Assembly: GCA_963422765.1 (NCBI GenBank)
Contig: OY730490.1
Span: forward strand, 1,613,861 to 1,677,860
Origin: Dehalococcoidia bacterium
GTDB taxonomy: Bacteria; Chloroflexota; Dehalococcoidia; Lucifugimonadales; UBA3495
DNA: 64,000 nucleotides
Direction of reading: 5' to 3'
Below, one piece after another: positions 46,376-55,470 of the stretch (its first letter is position 1; the number at the start of each line of letters is the position of its first letter). The notes under the pieces were generated by a model. It was not told where the DNA came from, made no database searches, and saw only the letters and a program-made list of their open reading frames with translations. Position numbers and translations under genes: made by a program.

Positions 46376-47260
46376 CTAGCGCAGCCTCAGCCGTTCCGAC
46401 AGCCAAGCGGCGCGGACTGCGGCGTGTATGTGCCCGCCACCTTCGGCGGCGCCGTCATACAGCCGCAGATCGCAGTCGGGCAGGGTCTGGGCCAGTTCCT
46501 CAGCGAAGGCCAGCGGGCAGGTTCCGCGGTCGAATCGTCCCGCGCTGAGCAGCACCGCCGCAGATACGCTGGCGGCATCGGCCAGAGAATCCAACAGACC
46601 CAGAGTCCTTTCTACTCCCTCGCGGCGGTCCGGGTAAGCGCGCAAATAGTCGCCGATCTCACCCAGCGGGTAGCCCAAGCCGGGTTCCAAAGCCGCCGGA
46701 TGGCCCAGAGGCATTGGAGTGTCAGCGGCCACGCCCTCAATCAATGGACGGCGCGACGCCAATGACAGGGCCAGACTCGCGCCCAATCCCAAGCCCCACA
46801 AGACAACTGGGCCGATTTCCGCGATGCTTTGTCCCAGCAGAACGTCCAACCCCCGTAGCGCGTCGGCGTATGCGCCCAGCATCGCCCAGGATTCGCCATC
46901 CCCTATGCCGTCGGTCAGCAGGCCCGGGTAGCTGGCGCGGTATGAGCCGTCACTGTGCCGCTGCCCCCGGTGCGTGACGTTCATCACCACGGCGCGGTGA
47001 CGCAGACGAGTGTAGATAATGTCATGGACGCTGGCGTAATCCGGCATACGCAGCAACACCGGGTAAGGGCCGTTCCCTTCCTTGGGAACCGAGGGAACCG
47101 ACATCCAGGAGAACAGGCGGTGGCCGCTCGTGGTGTTGTAATTCAGACGGTACACATCCCATTCCGGCTGAGAATAGAAGGCGTCGTGGCTGGCCGATAT
47201 ATCCAGAGGCGTTTCGGCCAGTTGAGCCTCGGCCCTTTGCCAGAAATCGCTTTGTGTCAT
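46376..47260 (-). CDS. Acetyl-xylan-esterase-like (AXE1/CE7) alpha/beta hydrolase paralogue with atypical nucleophile motif
   Basis: Homologous to the upstream gene. The nucleophile region reads GLGASLA rather than GxSQGG. The ATG at 47260 forms an ATGA overlap with the upstream stop. Confidence 0.55.
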   Translation of the reverse strand: MTQSDFWQRAEAQLAETPLDISASHDAFYSQPEWDVYRLNYNTTSGHRLFSWMSVPSVPKEGNGPYPVLLRMPDYASVHDIIYTRLRHRAVVMNVTHRGQRHSDGSYRASYPGLLTDGIGDGESWAMLGAYADALRGLDVLLGQSIAEIGPVVLWGLGLGASLALSLASRRPLIEGVAADTPMPLGHPAALEPGLGYPLGEIGDYLRAYPDRREGVERTLGLLDSLADAASVSAAVLLSAGRFDRGTCPLAFAEELAQTLPDCDLRLYDGAAEGGGHIHAAVRAAWLSERLRLR

Positions 47261-48204
47261 GGCGCAACCGCCTGCGGCTGCGACGCAGCGATGCGCTGCT
47301 CCAGCCAAGCAGTTTCCTGCTTCGGGTAATTGTGAGCGTTGCCATGGCCGGATTCGGGGAAGAGCCACAACTCCCGCTCTCCGCGCAGCCGGTCATAGGC
47401 CGCATAGCTGGTTTCTGGCGGGCAGACCTCGTCCTCCAGCGCGATGCCCACCACCATCGGGCACTTGATGCGAGGCGCGAAATTAACTGCATCGAAATAG
47501 CGCAGCGTTTCCAGCATCTGTCCGGTGCGGTCAGGATAGGCGCGGCTGTAACAGCTAAGCTCGTCGTAGGGATACGAGCGCAGCATCTTCATAGACTCCG
47601 GGAAACAGCACAGGAATGGGTAGCCAGAGACGCCGCCCTTGATTTCGGGGCGCAGCCCGGCGGTTATCAGCGTAAGGCCCCCGCCTTGGCTGCTGCCGCT
47701 GGCGTAAATGCGCTCCGGATCAATTTCCGGCCTAGACAGCAGGAAATCTACACCCCGGGAACAGTCGGAAATCACGCCCTTGTATCCGTAGGTCTCGCGG
47801 TTCTCCAGCCCGTAGGTCAGCAGGCCGGGATAACCGGGGTTGAATCCCGCGCTGCTGGGCAGCTTGCCGCGCACCGCCACCGACAGCACGGCCACCCCCT
47901 TGCGTCCCCAGTCTCGCCGCAGGGCCGGTTCCGACTTGTAGCCGGGCAGTACCAGAATTGCCGGAAACGGCCCATCACCGACGGCAGGCACGCTGTACCA
48001 GCCGAAAATTTCCAGCCCGTCCAGACTGAGGTAGGTAGCCTGATAGACGTTGACATCATCGTTGCTGCGCAGCGGGTCCGGCGTGACCGCCGGTTCCAGC
48101 GGCAGTTCGGTCAGACCGGCCAGTGCCCCGCTCCAGAACTCGTCGAAATCGTCAGGGCAGGTAACCGAAGTTGCAAAAACTTCCAAGTCATTTATGGTTG
48201 CCAT
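47257..48204 (-). CDS. Acetyl xylan esterase / cephalosporin-C deacetylase family (AXE1/CE7)
   Basis: GSSQGGGL nucleophile elbow, C-terminal ...SGHGNAH..., and a length of 315 aa. Confidence 0.7.
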   Translation of the reverse strand: MATINDLEVFATSVTCPDDFDEFWSGALAGLTELPLEPAVTPDPLRSNDDVNVYQATYLSLDGLEIFGWYSVPAVGDGPFPAILVLPGYKSEPALRRDWGRKGVAVLSVAVRGKLPSSAGFNPGYPGLLTYGLENRETYGYKGVISDCSRGVDFLLSRPEIDPERIYASGSSQGGGLTLITAGLRPEIKGGVSGYPFLCCFPESMKMLRSYPYDELSCYSRAYPDRTGQMLETLRYFDAVNFAPRIKCPMVVGIALEDEVCPPETSYAAYDRLRGERELWLFPESGHGNAHNYPKQETAWLEQRIAASQPQAVAP

Positions 48205-48298
48205 AAACCGCTCCCGAAACCAGTTAAAACCGAGTGGGCCTATTATAGACTGTCGTCATAGCGCCCGCACTCCGCCGCTGGATTCGGCAGGAGGGAAA

Positions 48299-48925
48299 TT
48301 GGATACTGCAGTTGGAATCCTGTTGGTTGTTGGCTCTTACTTGTTGGGGGCGGTATCACCGTCGTACCTGCTGGTGCGGCTGGTCAGCGGCGAGGACATT
48401 AGGAAGTTGCGCAGCGGCAACGCCGGCACCCTCAATACCTACCATCGTCTAGGGTTGAAGGGCGGGCTGGCGGTGCTTGTGCTGGACGCTGGCAAGGGAA
48501 CGCTGGCCGTGCTGTCGCCCATGCTGGTTGGCGCCCCGGAGTGGACTGTATTCGCCGCCGCGCCAATGGTGCTGATTGGGCACAACTGGCCGGTATTTTT
48601 GGGATTCCGGGGCGGCAAGGGCGCGGCTGTGCTGCTGGGCGTGTCGCTCGGCCTATTCCCGGTTATAACCGCCATTTGCCTGATTCCTGTCGCCTTGGTG
48701 ATGTTACTGCTGCGTAACGTGGTAGTGGGCGCCACTGTGGGATACGCGCTGATATGCCTAGCGTTAATTTTCTCCGGAACCGAATGGCCTATGATCACCC
48801 TCAGCATTCTCCTGGCCCTGCTGGCCGCCATTACGTACCTGATGGGCTTTCGCCGGGAAATAATTTCCATGGCCCTGGGCGGGCAGTGGCGCAGATTGTT
48901 GCTGTTGCGCTTCCCGGTGGAATAA
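48299..48925 (+). CDS. plsY: Glycerol-3-phosphate acyltransferase PlsY
   Basis: GSYLLGAVSPSYL, SGNAGTLN and HNWPVFLGFRGGKG motifs. The TTG start after GGAGGGAAA is tentative. The 5' extension of the track ORF overlaps the convergent gene. Confidence 0.75.
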   Translation: MDTAVGILLVVGSYLLGAVSPSYLLVRLVSGEDIRKLRSGNAGTLNTYHRLGLKGGLAVLVLDAGKGTLAVLSPMLVGAPEWTVFAAAPMVLIGHNWPVFLGFRGGKGAAVLLGVSLGLFPVITAICLIPVALVMLLLRNVVVGATVGYALICLALIFSGTEWPMITLSILLALLAAITYLMGFRREIISMALGGQWRRLLLLRFPVE

Positions 48926-48974
48926 GCACGCTTTGACAGTCAGCGCCGCGAACAGGAATGCCTACCACTCCTTC

Positions 48975-49002
48975 AGAAAGCATCCGCTAGAAAGCATCCG
49001 CT
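48975..49002. repeat. Perfect 14-nt tandem duplication upstream of thrS
   Basis: AGAAAGCATCCGCT occurs twice in tandem. Confidence 0.9.
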
Positions 49003-49076
49003 CTCAAAAACCGCAAGCAGTCCACGCTGGGCTATAATAGCGTGGACCCTCATTTTCGATCCCGCAGGAATGAATC

Positions 49077-50837
49077 ATGCTCGACCACGGCGCCCTTGAC
49101 AGCGGCAACGTCAGCCTCGCCCACTCGCGCCGCCACGCCATGCGTCACTCAGCGGCCCACGTCATGGCCGACGCAGTTCTGAAGTTGTTCCCCGAAGCCA
49201 AAATGGGTATCGGGCCGCCCACTCAGGATGGGTTTTACTACGACTTCGACGTAGCCCGCCCATTCACGCCCGAAGACCTGGAGCAGATCGAAGCGCTGAT
49301 GCGGGAAACCATCACGGGATCATTCCCTTTCGAGCGAGAAGAGCTTACCCGGCAACAGGCCCAGAACCTGTTCACCGACCAGCCATACAAGCTGGAACTC
49401 ATCGAAGGGCTGGATGCCTCGGCGGTCATTTCCATTTACCGGCACAACGGGTTCGTTGACCTCTGCCAAGGACCCCACGTCGGCAACACCGCCGAGATTC
49501 CTGCGATGAAGCTGCTTAGCGTCGCAGGGGCCTACTGGCGGGGCGACGAGAAACGCCCGATGCTCCAGCGCATCTACGGCACCGCTTTCGAGTCGGAGCA
49601 GGAACTTGCCGACCACCTGGCCCGGCTGGAAGAGGCGGAGCGCCGGGACCATCGCACCTTGGGGAGGCAGTTGGGCCTCTACACCATCCACGACGAAATC
49701 GGCCCCGGCCTGGTGGTCTGGCACCCCAAGGGCGGCCGCGTCCGCTCCCTCATCGAGGACTACTGGAAGGGCATCCACTACCGGCGCGGCTACGACGTGG
49801 TGTATTCGCCCCACATCGGACGGGCCGCACTGTGGCAGACCAGCGGCCATCTCGACTTCTACCGAGAGAGTATGTATTCGGCGGTGGAGGTGGACGAGCA
49901 GGAATACTTCCTAAAGCCGATGAACTGCCCCTTCCACATCACCATCTACCGCTCGGCCCTGCGCAGCTATCGCGAGCTGCCCCTGCGTTTCGCAGAACTG
50001 GGAACGGTCTACCGTTATGAGCGCAGCGGCGTGCTGCACGGGCTGATGCGGGTGCGCGGTTTCACCCAAGACGATGCCCACATATTCTGCCGCCCGGAGC
50101 AGGTAGAGCCCGAAGTAGGCGGCGTGCTGGAGCTTACCTTTGAGTTGCTGGAAGCCTTCGGCTTCTCCGACTACAGCATCGCCCTCTCCACCCGCCCGGA
50201 GAAGTACGTGGGCGACCTGGATATGTGGGAACACGCCACCAATTCGCTGCAAGGCGCCCTGGAGGCGCGGAGCCTGCCCTTTAGCGTGGACGAGGGCGGC
50301 GGCGCCTTCTACGGCCCCAAGATTGACATCAACATCACCGATGCCCTGGGCCGCGCCTGGCAATGCACCACCGTACAGTTCGACTTCAACCTGCCGGAGC
50401 GTTTCGACCTGACCTATCAGGACGACCAGGGAGGCCGCAGCCGCCCTTATATGGTCCACCGCGCCATCCTCGGCTCCATGGAGCGCTTCCTAGGCGTGCT
50501 TATCGAACATTACGGCGGCGCGTTCCCGCTCTGGCTGGCCCCGGTGCAGGCAGTGGTCATACCCATCGCCGACCGGCACGGCGAGTACGCCCAGAGCGTT
50601 CTGTCTTCGCTCGCCGACGCCGGTTTCCGGGCCGAAGTGGACAGCCGAAATGAGCGGATGAACCAGAAAATCCGCACTGCTCAACTGCAAAAAGTCCCCT
50701 ATATGCTGGTAGTCGGCGACCGGGAAGCGGATGCCAACGCCGTGGCCGTCCGCAGCCGCGACTGCGGCGACTTGGGCGCCATGCCGCTGGCGGAGTTCGT
50801 GGAGCTGATGGCCGGGGAGAATAGAAGGGGAGAATAG
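49077..50837 (+). CDS. thrS: Threonine--tRNA ligase (no N-terminal TGS domain)
   Basis: RHSAAHVMADAV editing-domain motif near the N-terminus and class II core motifs (HRAILGSMERF). 586 aa, versus about 640 aa for TGS-containing enzymes. Confidence 0.9.
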   Translation: MLDHGALDSGNVSLAHSRRHAMRHSAAHVMADAVLKLFPEAKMGIGPPTQDGFYYDFDVARPFTPEDLEQIEALMRETITGSFPFEREELTRQQAQNLFTDQPYKLELIEGLDASAVISIYRHNGFVDLCQGPHVGNTAEIPAMKLLSVAGAYWRGDEKRPMLQRIYGTAFESEQELADHLARLEEAERRDHRTLGRQLGLYTIHDEIGPGLVVWHPKGGRVRSLIEDYWKGIHYRRGYDVVYSPHIGRAALWQTSGHLDFYRESMYSAVEVDEQEYFLKPMNCPFHITIYRSALRSYRELPLRFAELGTVYRYERSGVLHGLMRVRGFTQDDAHIFCRPEQVEPEVGGVLELTFELLEAFGFSDYSIALSTRPEKYVGDLDMWEHATNSLQGALEARSLPFSVDEGGGAFYGPKIDINITDALGRAWQCTTVQFDFNLPERFDLTYQDDQGGRSRPYMVHRAILGSMERFLGVLIEHYGGAFPLWLAPVQAVVIPIADRHGEYAQSVLSSLADAGFRAEVDSRNERMNQKIRTAQLQKVPYMLVVGDREADANAVAVRSRDCGDLGAMPLAEFVELMAGENRRGE

Positions 50838-50901
50838 AAAATGAAGACCTACGTTTTGCCGGTCAATGTTGAGCCGGATGAGGGTGGTTAAAGGAGAAAC
50901 G

Positions 50902-51171
50902 ATGCTAGTCAAGAAAACCTACGCCTTCGCAGTAGACTTTGAGGAGGAAGAGGGCGGACGCTGGAGCATTGACATACCAGCAGTTCCGGTCTGCGGGGCA
51001 TGGGGATTTACTAGGGAGGAAGCGCTGGAAAATTTGCAGGACCTAACGCAAGGTTACTTCGAAATGCTGATGCAGTACGGAGATTCTTTGCCTGATGGCA
51101 TTGATTCTTGCGAAATCACCCCCGGCAACGAAACCGCGCTCAACACCGAAATTCACTTCCACCAACCCTAG
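50902..51171 (+). CDS. HicB-like antitoxin-fold protein (UPF0150), no adjacent HicA
   Basis: KKTYAFAVDFEEEEGGRWSIDIPAVPVCGAWGFTREEALENL matches the HicB N-domain pattern. RBS AAAGGAG. Confidence 0.5.
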   Translation: MLVKKTYAFAVDFEEEEGGRWSIDIPAVPVCGAWGFTREEALENLQDLTQGYFEMLMQYGDSLPDGIDSCEITPGNETALNTEIHFHQP

Positions 51172-51228
51172 ATGAGCATAGAGAAATAGCAAAGAAAATT
51201 GTCAACCACTACGAGATAGGAGCCTCTA

Positions 51229-53280
51229 ATGCCCAACCGGCTGATTAACGAGACCAGCCCCTACCTTTTGCAGCACGCCAACAACCCCGTGGACTGGTAT
51301 CCGTGGGGCGAGGAGGCGCTGGGGCGGGCGCGGGATGAGGACAAGCCCATCCTGCTCAGCATCGGCTATTCAGCCTGCCACTGGTGTCACGTGATGGAGC
51401 GGGAGTCCTTCGAGAACGAGGCCATCGCTGGGATAATGAACCAGCACTTCATCAACATTAAGGTAGACCGAGAAGAGCGGCCCGACCTAGACGCCGTCTA
51501 TATGGAAGCGGTGCAAATGCTGACCGGAAGCGGCGGCTGGCCGATGACCGTCTTCCTCACCCCCGACGGAAAGCCCTTCTACGGCGGAACCTACTTCCCG
51601 CCTGTTGACCGCCATAATATGCCCGGATTCCCCCGGCTGCTGGAGACGGTCGCCCAGGCATACCGCAACAGCCGCGCGGAAATCCAGCGGGTCACCGGCC
51701 AGTTGACCGAGCAGATGGGCCGCACCGCCAATATGCCTCGCGGCGCCGGCGCCTTGGACGAGAGTATCCTGCACAACGCCTACAATATGCTGGCCACCAA
51801 CTTCGATTACCAGAACGGCGGCGTTGGCTCCGCGCCCAAGTTTCCGCAGGCCATGACTCTGGAAGTCCTGCTCCGATACCACGCCCACGGTCACAACGCC
51901 CGCGCCCAGTCCATGCTGGATCTGACCCTGGAGAAAATGGCCCGGGGCGGCATATATGACCAAATTGCCGGCGGTTTCCATCGCTACTCGACCGATTCGT
52001 TCTGGCTGGTACCGCACTTCGAGAAGATGCTCTACGACAACGCCCTGCTGGCCCGTCTTTACCTGCACGCATGGCTGGCTACGGGGCGGGCTCTGTACCG
52101 GCGCATCACCGAGGAAACCCTAGATTACGTCCTGCGGGAGATGACCGGCGAGCACGGCGGCTTCTTCTCGGCCACCGACGCCGACAGCGAGGGAGAAGAG
52201 GGGAAATTCTTCGTCTGGTCGCCGGAGGAAATAGAAACAGCGCTTGGCAGCGAAGACGCAACCCTGTTCAGCGCTTTCTTCGGGGTATCTCAACGCGGCA
52301 ACTTCGAGGGCGCAAACATCTTGAACATTCCGGTAAAGGCTGCCGACTTGGCGGAACGCCAGGGCATTCCCCTGGAGAGGTTGGTAGACGTCATCCGGCG
52401 CGGCAAGGAGACGTTGCGGCTGGCAAGAGAAGAACGGGAGCATCCGCTGCTGGACGACAAGACGCTGGCATCATGGAACGGGCTGATGCTCCGCGCCTTC
52501 GCCGAGGCGGGCGCGGCGCTCGAACGCCAGGACTACCTGAACGCGGCAGAGAAAAACGCCGCCTTCCTGATGGAAGTAATGCGCCCCGAAGGAACCACCA
52601 TGCTGCGCTCCTATCGCGAGGGCCAGGCCAAACTGCCCGGTTTTCTGGAAGACTACTCCTTCGTAGCCGACGGGCTGCTGTCGCTGTATGAGGCGACCTT
52701 CAACCGCCGCTGGCTCGATTCAGCGGTGGAGTTGGCTGACGAGATGATTTTCCAGTTCTGGGACGGGGCGCAAGGCTGTTTCTATGACACTGGCCGCGAC
52801 CACGAGGAACTGGTGGTTCGACCCCGCGACGTGTTCGACAACGCCCAGCCTTGCGGCGGCTCTGTGGCGTCCGATATGCTGCTGCGGCTGTCGGTCGTAA
52901 CCGGCAACGAAGACTACGCTGCCAAAGCCGTCGCGCCTCTGCGGTCGCTGGCAGAACTGATGGGACGCGCACCGGCAGGCACGGGCCGCTGGCTGGCCGC
53001 GCTGGACTTCTATCTCTCTACGCCGAAGGAAGTGGCGGTCGTCGGGCCTGCGGATGACCCGGCCACGGCCGCCCTCCTGCGGGAGATTAACGGACGATAC
53101 TTAGCCAACCGGGTACTCGTGGGCGCGGATGGAGAAGAAGGAGCTTCATCATCCGGACTGCCCCTCTTGCAGGGACGCAGCAAGGTGGACGGCAAACCCA
53201 CGGCCTACGTCTGCGAGAACTACGCCTGCCAACTCCCGGTCACGGACGCCGAAGCGCTGGCGGGCCAACTGGCGAGCTGA
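51229..53280 (+). CDS. Thioredoxin-domain protein (DUF255/YyaL-like, with six-hairpin glycosidase-like domain)
   Basis: N-terminus [29 protein letters not shown] and CHWCHVME motif. Length is 683 aa. Confidence 0.8.
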   Translation: MPNRLINETSPYLLQHANNPVDWYPWGEEALGRARDEDKPILLSIGYSACHWCHVMERESFENEAIAGIMNQHFINIKVDREERPDLDAVYMEAVQMLTGSGGWPMTVFLTPDGKPFYGGTYFPPVDRHNMPGFPRLLETVAQAYRNSRAEIQRVTGQLTEQMGRTANMPRGAGALDESILHNAYNMLATNFDYQNGGVGSAPKFPQAMTLEVLLRYHAHGHNARAQSMLDLTLEKMARGGIYDQIAGGFHRYSTDSFWLVPHFEKMLYDNALLARLYLHAWLATGRALYRRITEETLDYVLREMTGEHGGFFSATDADSEGEEGKFFVWSPEEIETALGSEDATLFSAFFGVSQRGNFEGANILNIPVKAADLAERQGIPLERLVDVIRRGKETLRLAREEREHPLLDDKTLASWNGLMLRAFAEAGAALERQDYLNAAEKNAAFLMEVMRPEGTTMLRSYREGQAKLPGFLEDYSFVADGLLSLYEATFNRRWLDSAVELADEMIFQFWDGAQGCFYDTGRDHEELVVRPRDVFDNAQPCGGSVASDMLLRLSVVTGNEDYAAKAVAPLRSLAELMGRAPAGTGRWLAALDFYLSTPKEVAVVGPADDPATAALLREINGRYLANRVLVGADGEEGASSSGLPLLQGRSKVDGKPTAYVCENYACQLPVTDAEALAGQLAS

Positions 53281-53358
53281 ACCGAAAAGGGTTCCTGAGC
53301 ATCCCATCTGAGCATAGCATAGGGACGCACGGGGCCATGCGTCCCTATGCTATTTCGC

Positions 53359-54744
53359 TTAAGCCGCCGAGCCAGAAGCCGTATGGGAAGGAAGCAATCC
53401 TGCCGCCTCGACTGTCTCCCGGTTCACCGTGTCAGGGAGCCGGTAGCGGTGCCACAGCACGATCCCCAGCAGCGCCAATACCCCTGCCAGCACCGGAGCC
53501 AGCCGGATGCCCAGCGGGTTCTCGGTCGTATCTCCCAGCAGCAGCACCAGACTCAACAGCGCGGGAGGCAGCGCGAAGGTGACCTTCTCGAAGAAGTTCT
53601 GAGTAGCGTAAAACAGAGCCTCCCGCCGCTCTCCGGTCAGCATAGCGTCATAGTCGGCGATGTCGGCGGTCAAACCCTTGGGCAGCATGAAAACCGCCGA
53701 CATTGGCAGCCCGGCTATAAAAGTCAGAATCAGTCCCTGCGCCAGCAGCCCGTCATCCGAAAACAGGCCCACCAGCGCGAGCAAAGGGAAGGCTGCGCCG
53801 CTGGCGATAAGACAACCGCCATATACCCGGCGTTTGCTGAAACCGAAACGGCTGAGCAATATCCAGAAAACTATGCCACTGATAACCGCGCCGATGATTA
53901 TCACCGTGGAAATCAAACTGGCTATTCTGCCCTCTTCCTCTGCCTGTAACACCTGAGAGGCGAAAAAGGGCATCCAGCCAAGCAGAATCCCCACGCCCGT
54001 GGTGAACATTACAAAGGTGGGCAGGTAATAGACGAACTGCGGGTTGCGCAGTGTCTCGCGCATTCCACGCCAGAAATCAACCTTCGCCGGAGTGGTGCCC
54101 CGCGGCGCATACTTCCAAACCGCAGACAGCGAGAGGAAGCGAAAAACTACGCCTACTACGGCCAGTATGGCGCCGACCGTCTGGAATCCAAAGGCGTCTA
54201 CCAAGGCGCCGCTGCCAGCGAGACCAAGACCTGCTCCGAACACGGCAAACAGGAATATCAGGCCAACCAAGTTTATCCGGTCTGATGCGCTGCGGGTCAC
54301 TTCCGGCACCAGCGCCTCCAGCGCGCCGCTGGACATCGTGGCGGCGGTGAAGAAAAGCTCCAGCATAATGACGAAGTACAGCGCGTTCCACAGACTGGCG
54401 TCCTCTGTGGGCAGGAACCAAACCATAGCCGCGAACAGGGCATAGAAAGGCGTACTAAAAAGGATAAAGGGGAGCCGCCTTCCCCATTTACTTTGCGTCC
54501 GGTCGCTCCACCAACCGATCAGCGGGTCTGTAACGGCATCTATGAAGCGCCCGGCGAATATCAGGAAGCCGGCAAAAACCCGGGCGTCCAGGTCAAAGCC
54601 CGGAAGCGCAATGTCCGGCACCTTGGCGATTCCTTCCCCCAAAGGAGGCGCCAGAAAGAAGAGGATCCACGATTGCCGGAAGTAGCTGATAGCTTGAAGA
54701 CCAACATGGTCCGAAGCAAACAGCATCTTGTTCAGCAGCGGCAT
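53359..54744 (-). CDS. MFS/GPH-family (glycoside-pentoside-hexuronide-like) cation symporter
   Basis: About 12 TM helices. An alternative GTG start lies at 54777. Confidence 0.55.
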   Translation of the reverse strand: MPLLNKMLFASDHVGLQAISYFRQSWILFFLAPPLGEGIAKVPDIALPGFDLDARVFAGFLIFAGRFIDAVTDPLIGWWSDRTQSKWGRRLPFILFSTPFYALFAAMVWFLPTEDASLWNALYFVIMLELFFTAATMSSGALEALVPEVTRSASDRINLVGLIFLFAVFGAGLGLAGSGALVDAFGFQTVGAILAVVGVVFRFLSLSAVWKYAPRGTTPAKVDFWRGMRETLRNPQFVYYLPTFVMFTTGVGILLGWMPFFASQVLQAEEEGRIASLISTVIIIGAVISGIVFWILLSRFGFSKRRVYGGCLIASGAAFPLLALVGLFSDDGLLAQGLILTFIAGLPMSAVFMLPKGLTADIADYDAMLTGERREALFYATQNFFEKVTFALPPALLSLVLLLGDTTENPLGIRLAPVLAGVLALLGIVLWHRYRLPDTVNRETVEAAGLLPSHTASGSAA

Positions 54745-54968
54745 CCGAGCAACTGCATTTTGCTTTATCTCACTCACTTAAACCGGTCTCCGCCAGCCGG
54801 CTGCGGGTAAGCTCGGTCGCTACATCGTACTTCAGGTCTGCCAGAATTCGTATAGGCTGACCAAGTATGACCTCGATTCCGGTATCCTCCCGGCGCCGCC
54901 TGAGCGAGAGAGCCATTTCCGCCCGCACATTCCCGAGCGCCGCTGCGCTTTCGCTCTTCCCCTACCAT

Positions 54969-55004
54969 ATTGCCATTATTGCCATTATTGCCATTATTGC
55001 CATT
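54969..55004. repeat. Perfect 9-bp tandem repeat, 4 copies
   Basis: ATTGCCATT occurs four times in tandem, in an intergenic region. Confidence 0.95.
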
Positions 55005-55470
55005 CTGTATGTCCACCCTGTATTACGGTATAAGATGAACTCCGGCAACAGTCTATACCGCAAACTTGCTTGCTTCAATTCACTCTGGGAGCGTAACGCC
55101 TCATGAAGCCCCATAAGCCCAGAGGCCGCACACGCCCGCAGGTATCCCCAACGTTGCCGGCAATGCTGGTTACTTCGTCATTCAGACCATCGAGGGAGTC
55201 CATGCAGTTTTGAGGAAACCAAGATGCTATTGGCGGGGAGGCGCCAGTTTCCCGCCTTCCGGGAATAACGGGCAACCAGCAGCGCTGGCGGTATTACCGG
55301 CGCGTGTCAAGAATAGCTGCCTGGGAGCAGGGCTACCACCTTGAGCGCATGGGTTGTATAATTTGCTCAAATTCACGTGATCGTGCGCATCTTTCATGGC
55401 CTGGTCAGTAGCTAAACATTTCTTGGCAACTGGTAGCGGCCAGTGAAACTTGTTTCCCAAGGAGAGGAGA

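Noticed and set aside
54969-55004. CRISPR array, or a coding NGN repeat protein (ORF 54774-55016).
   Set aside because: There are only four contiguous 9-nt units with no spacers. The ORF has no RBS and its product is low-complexity.
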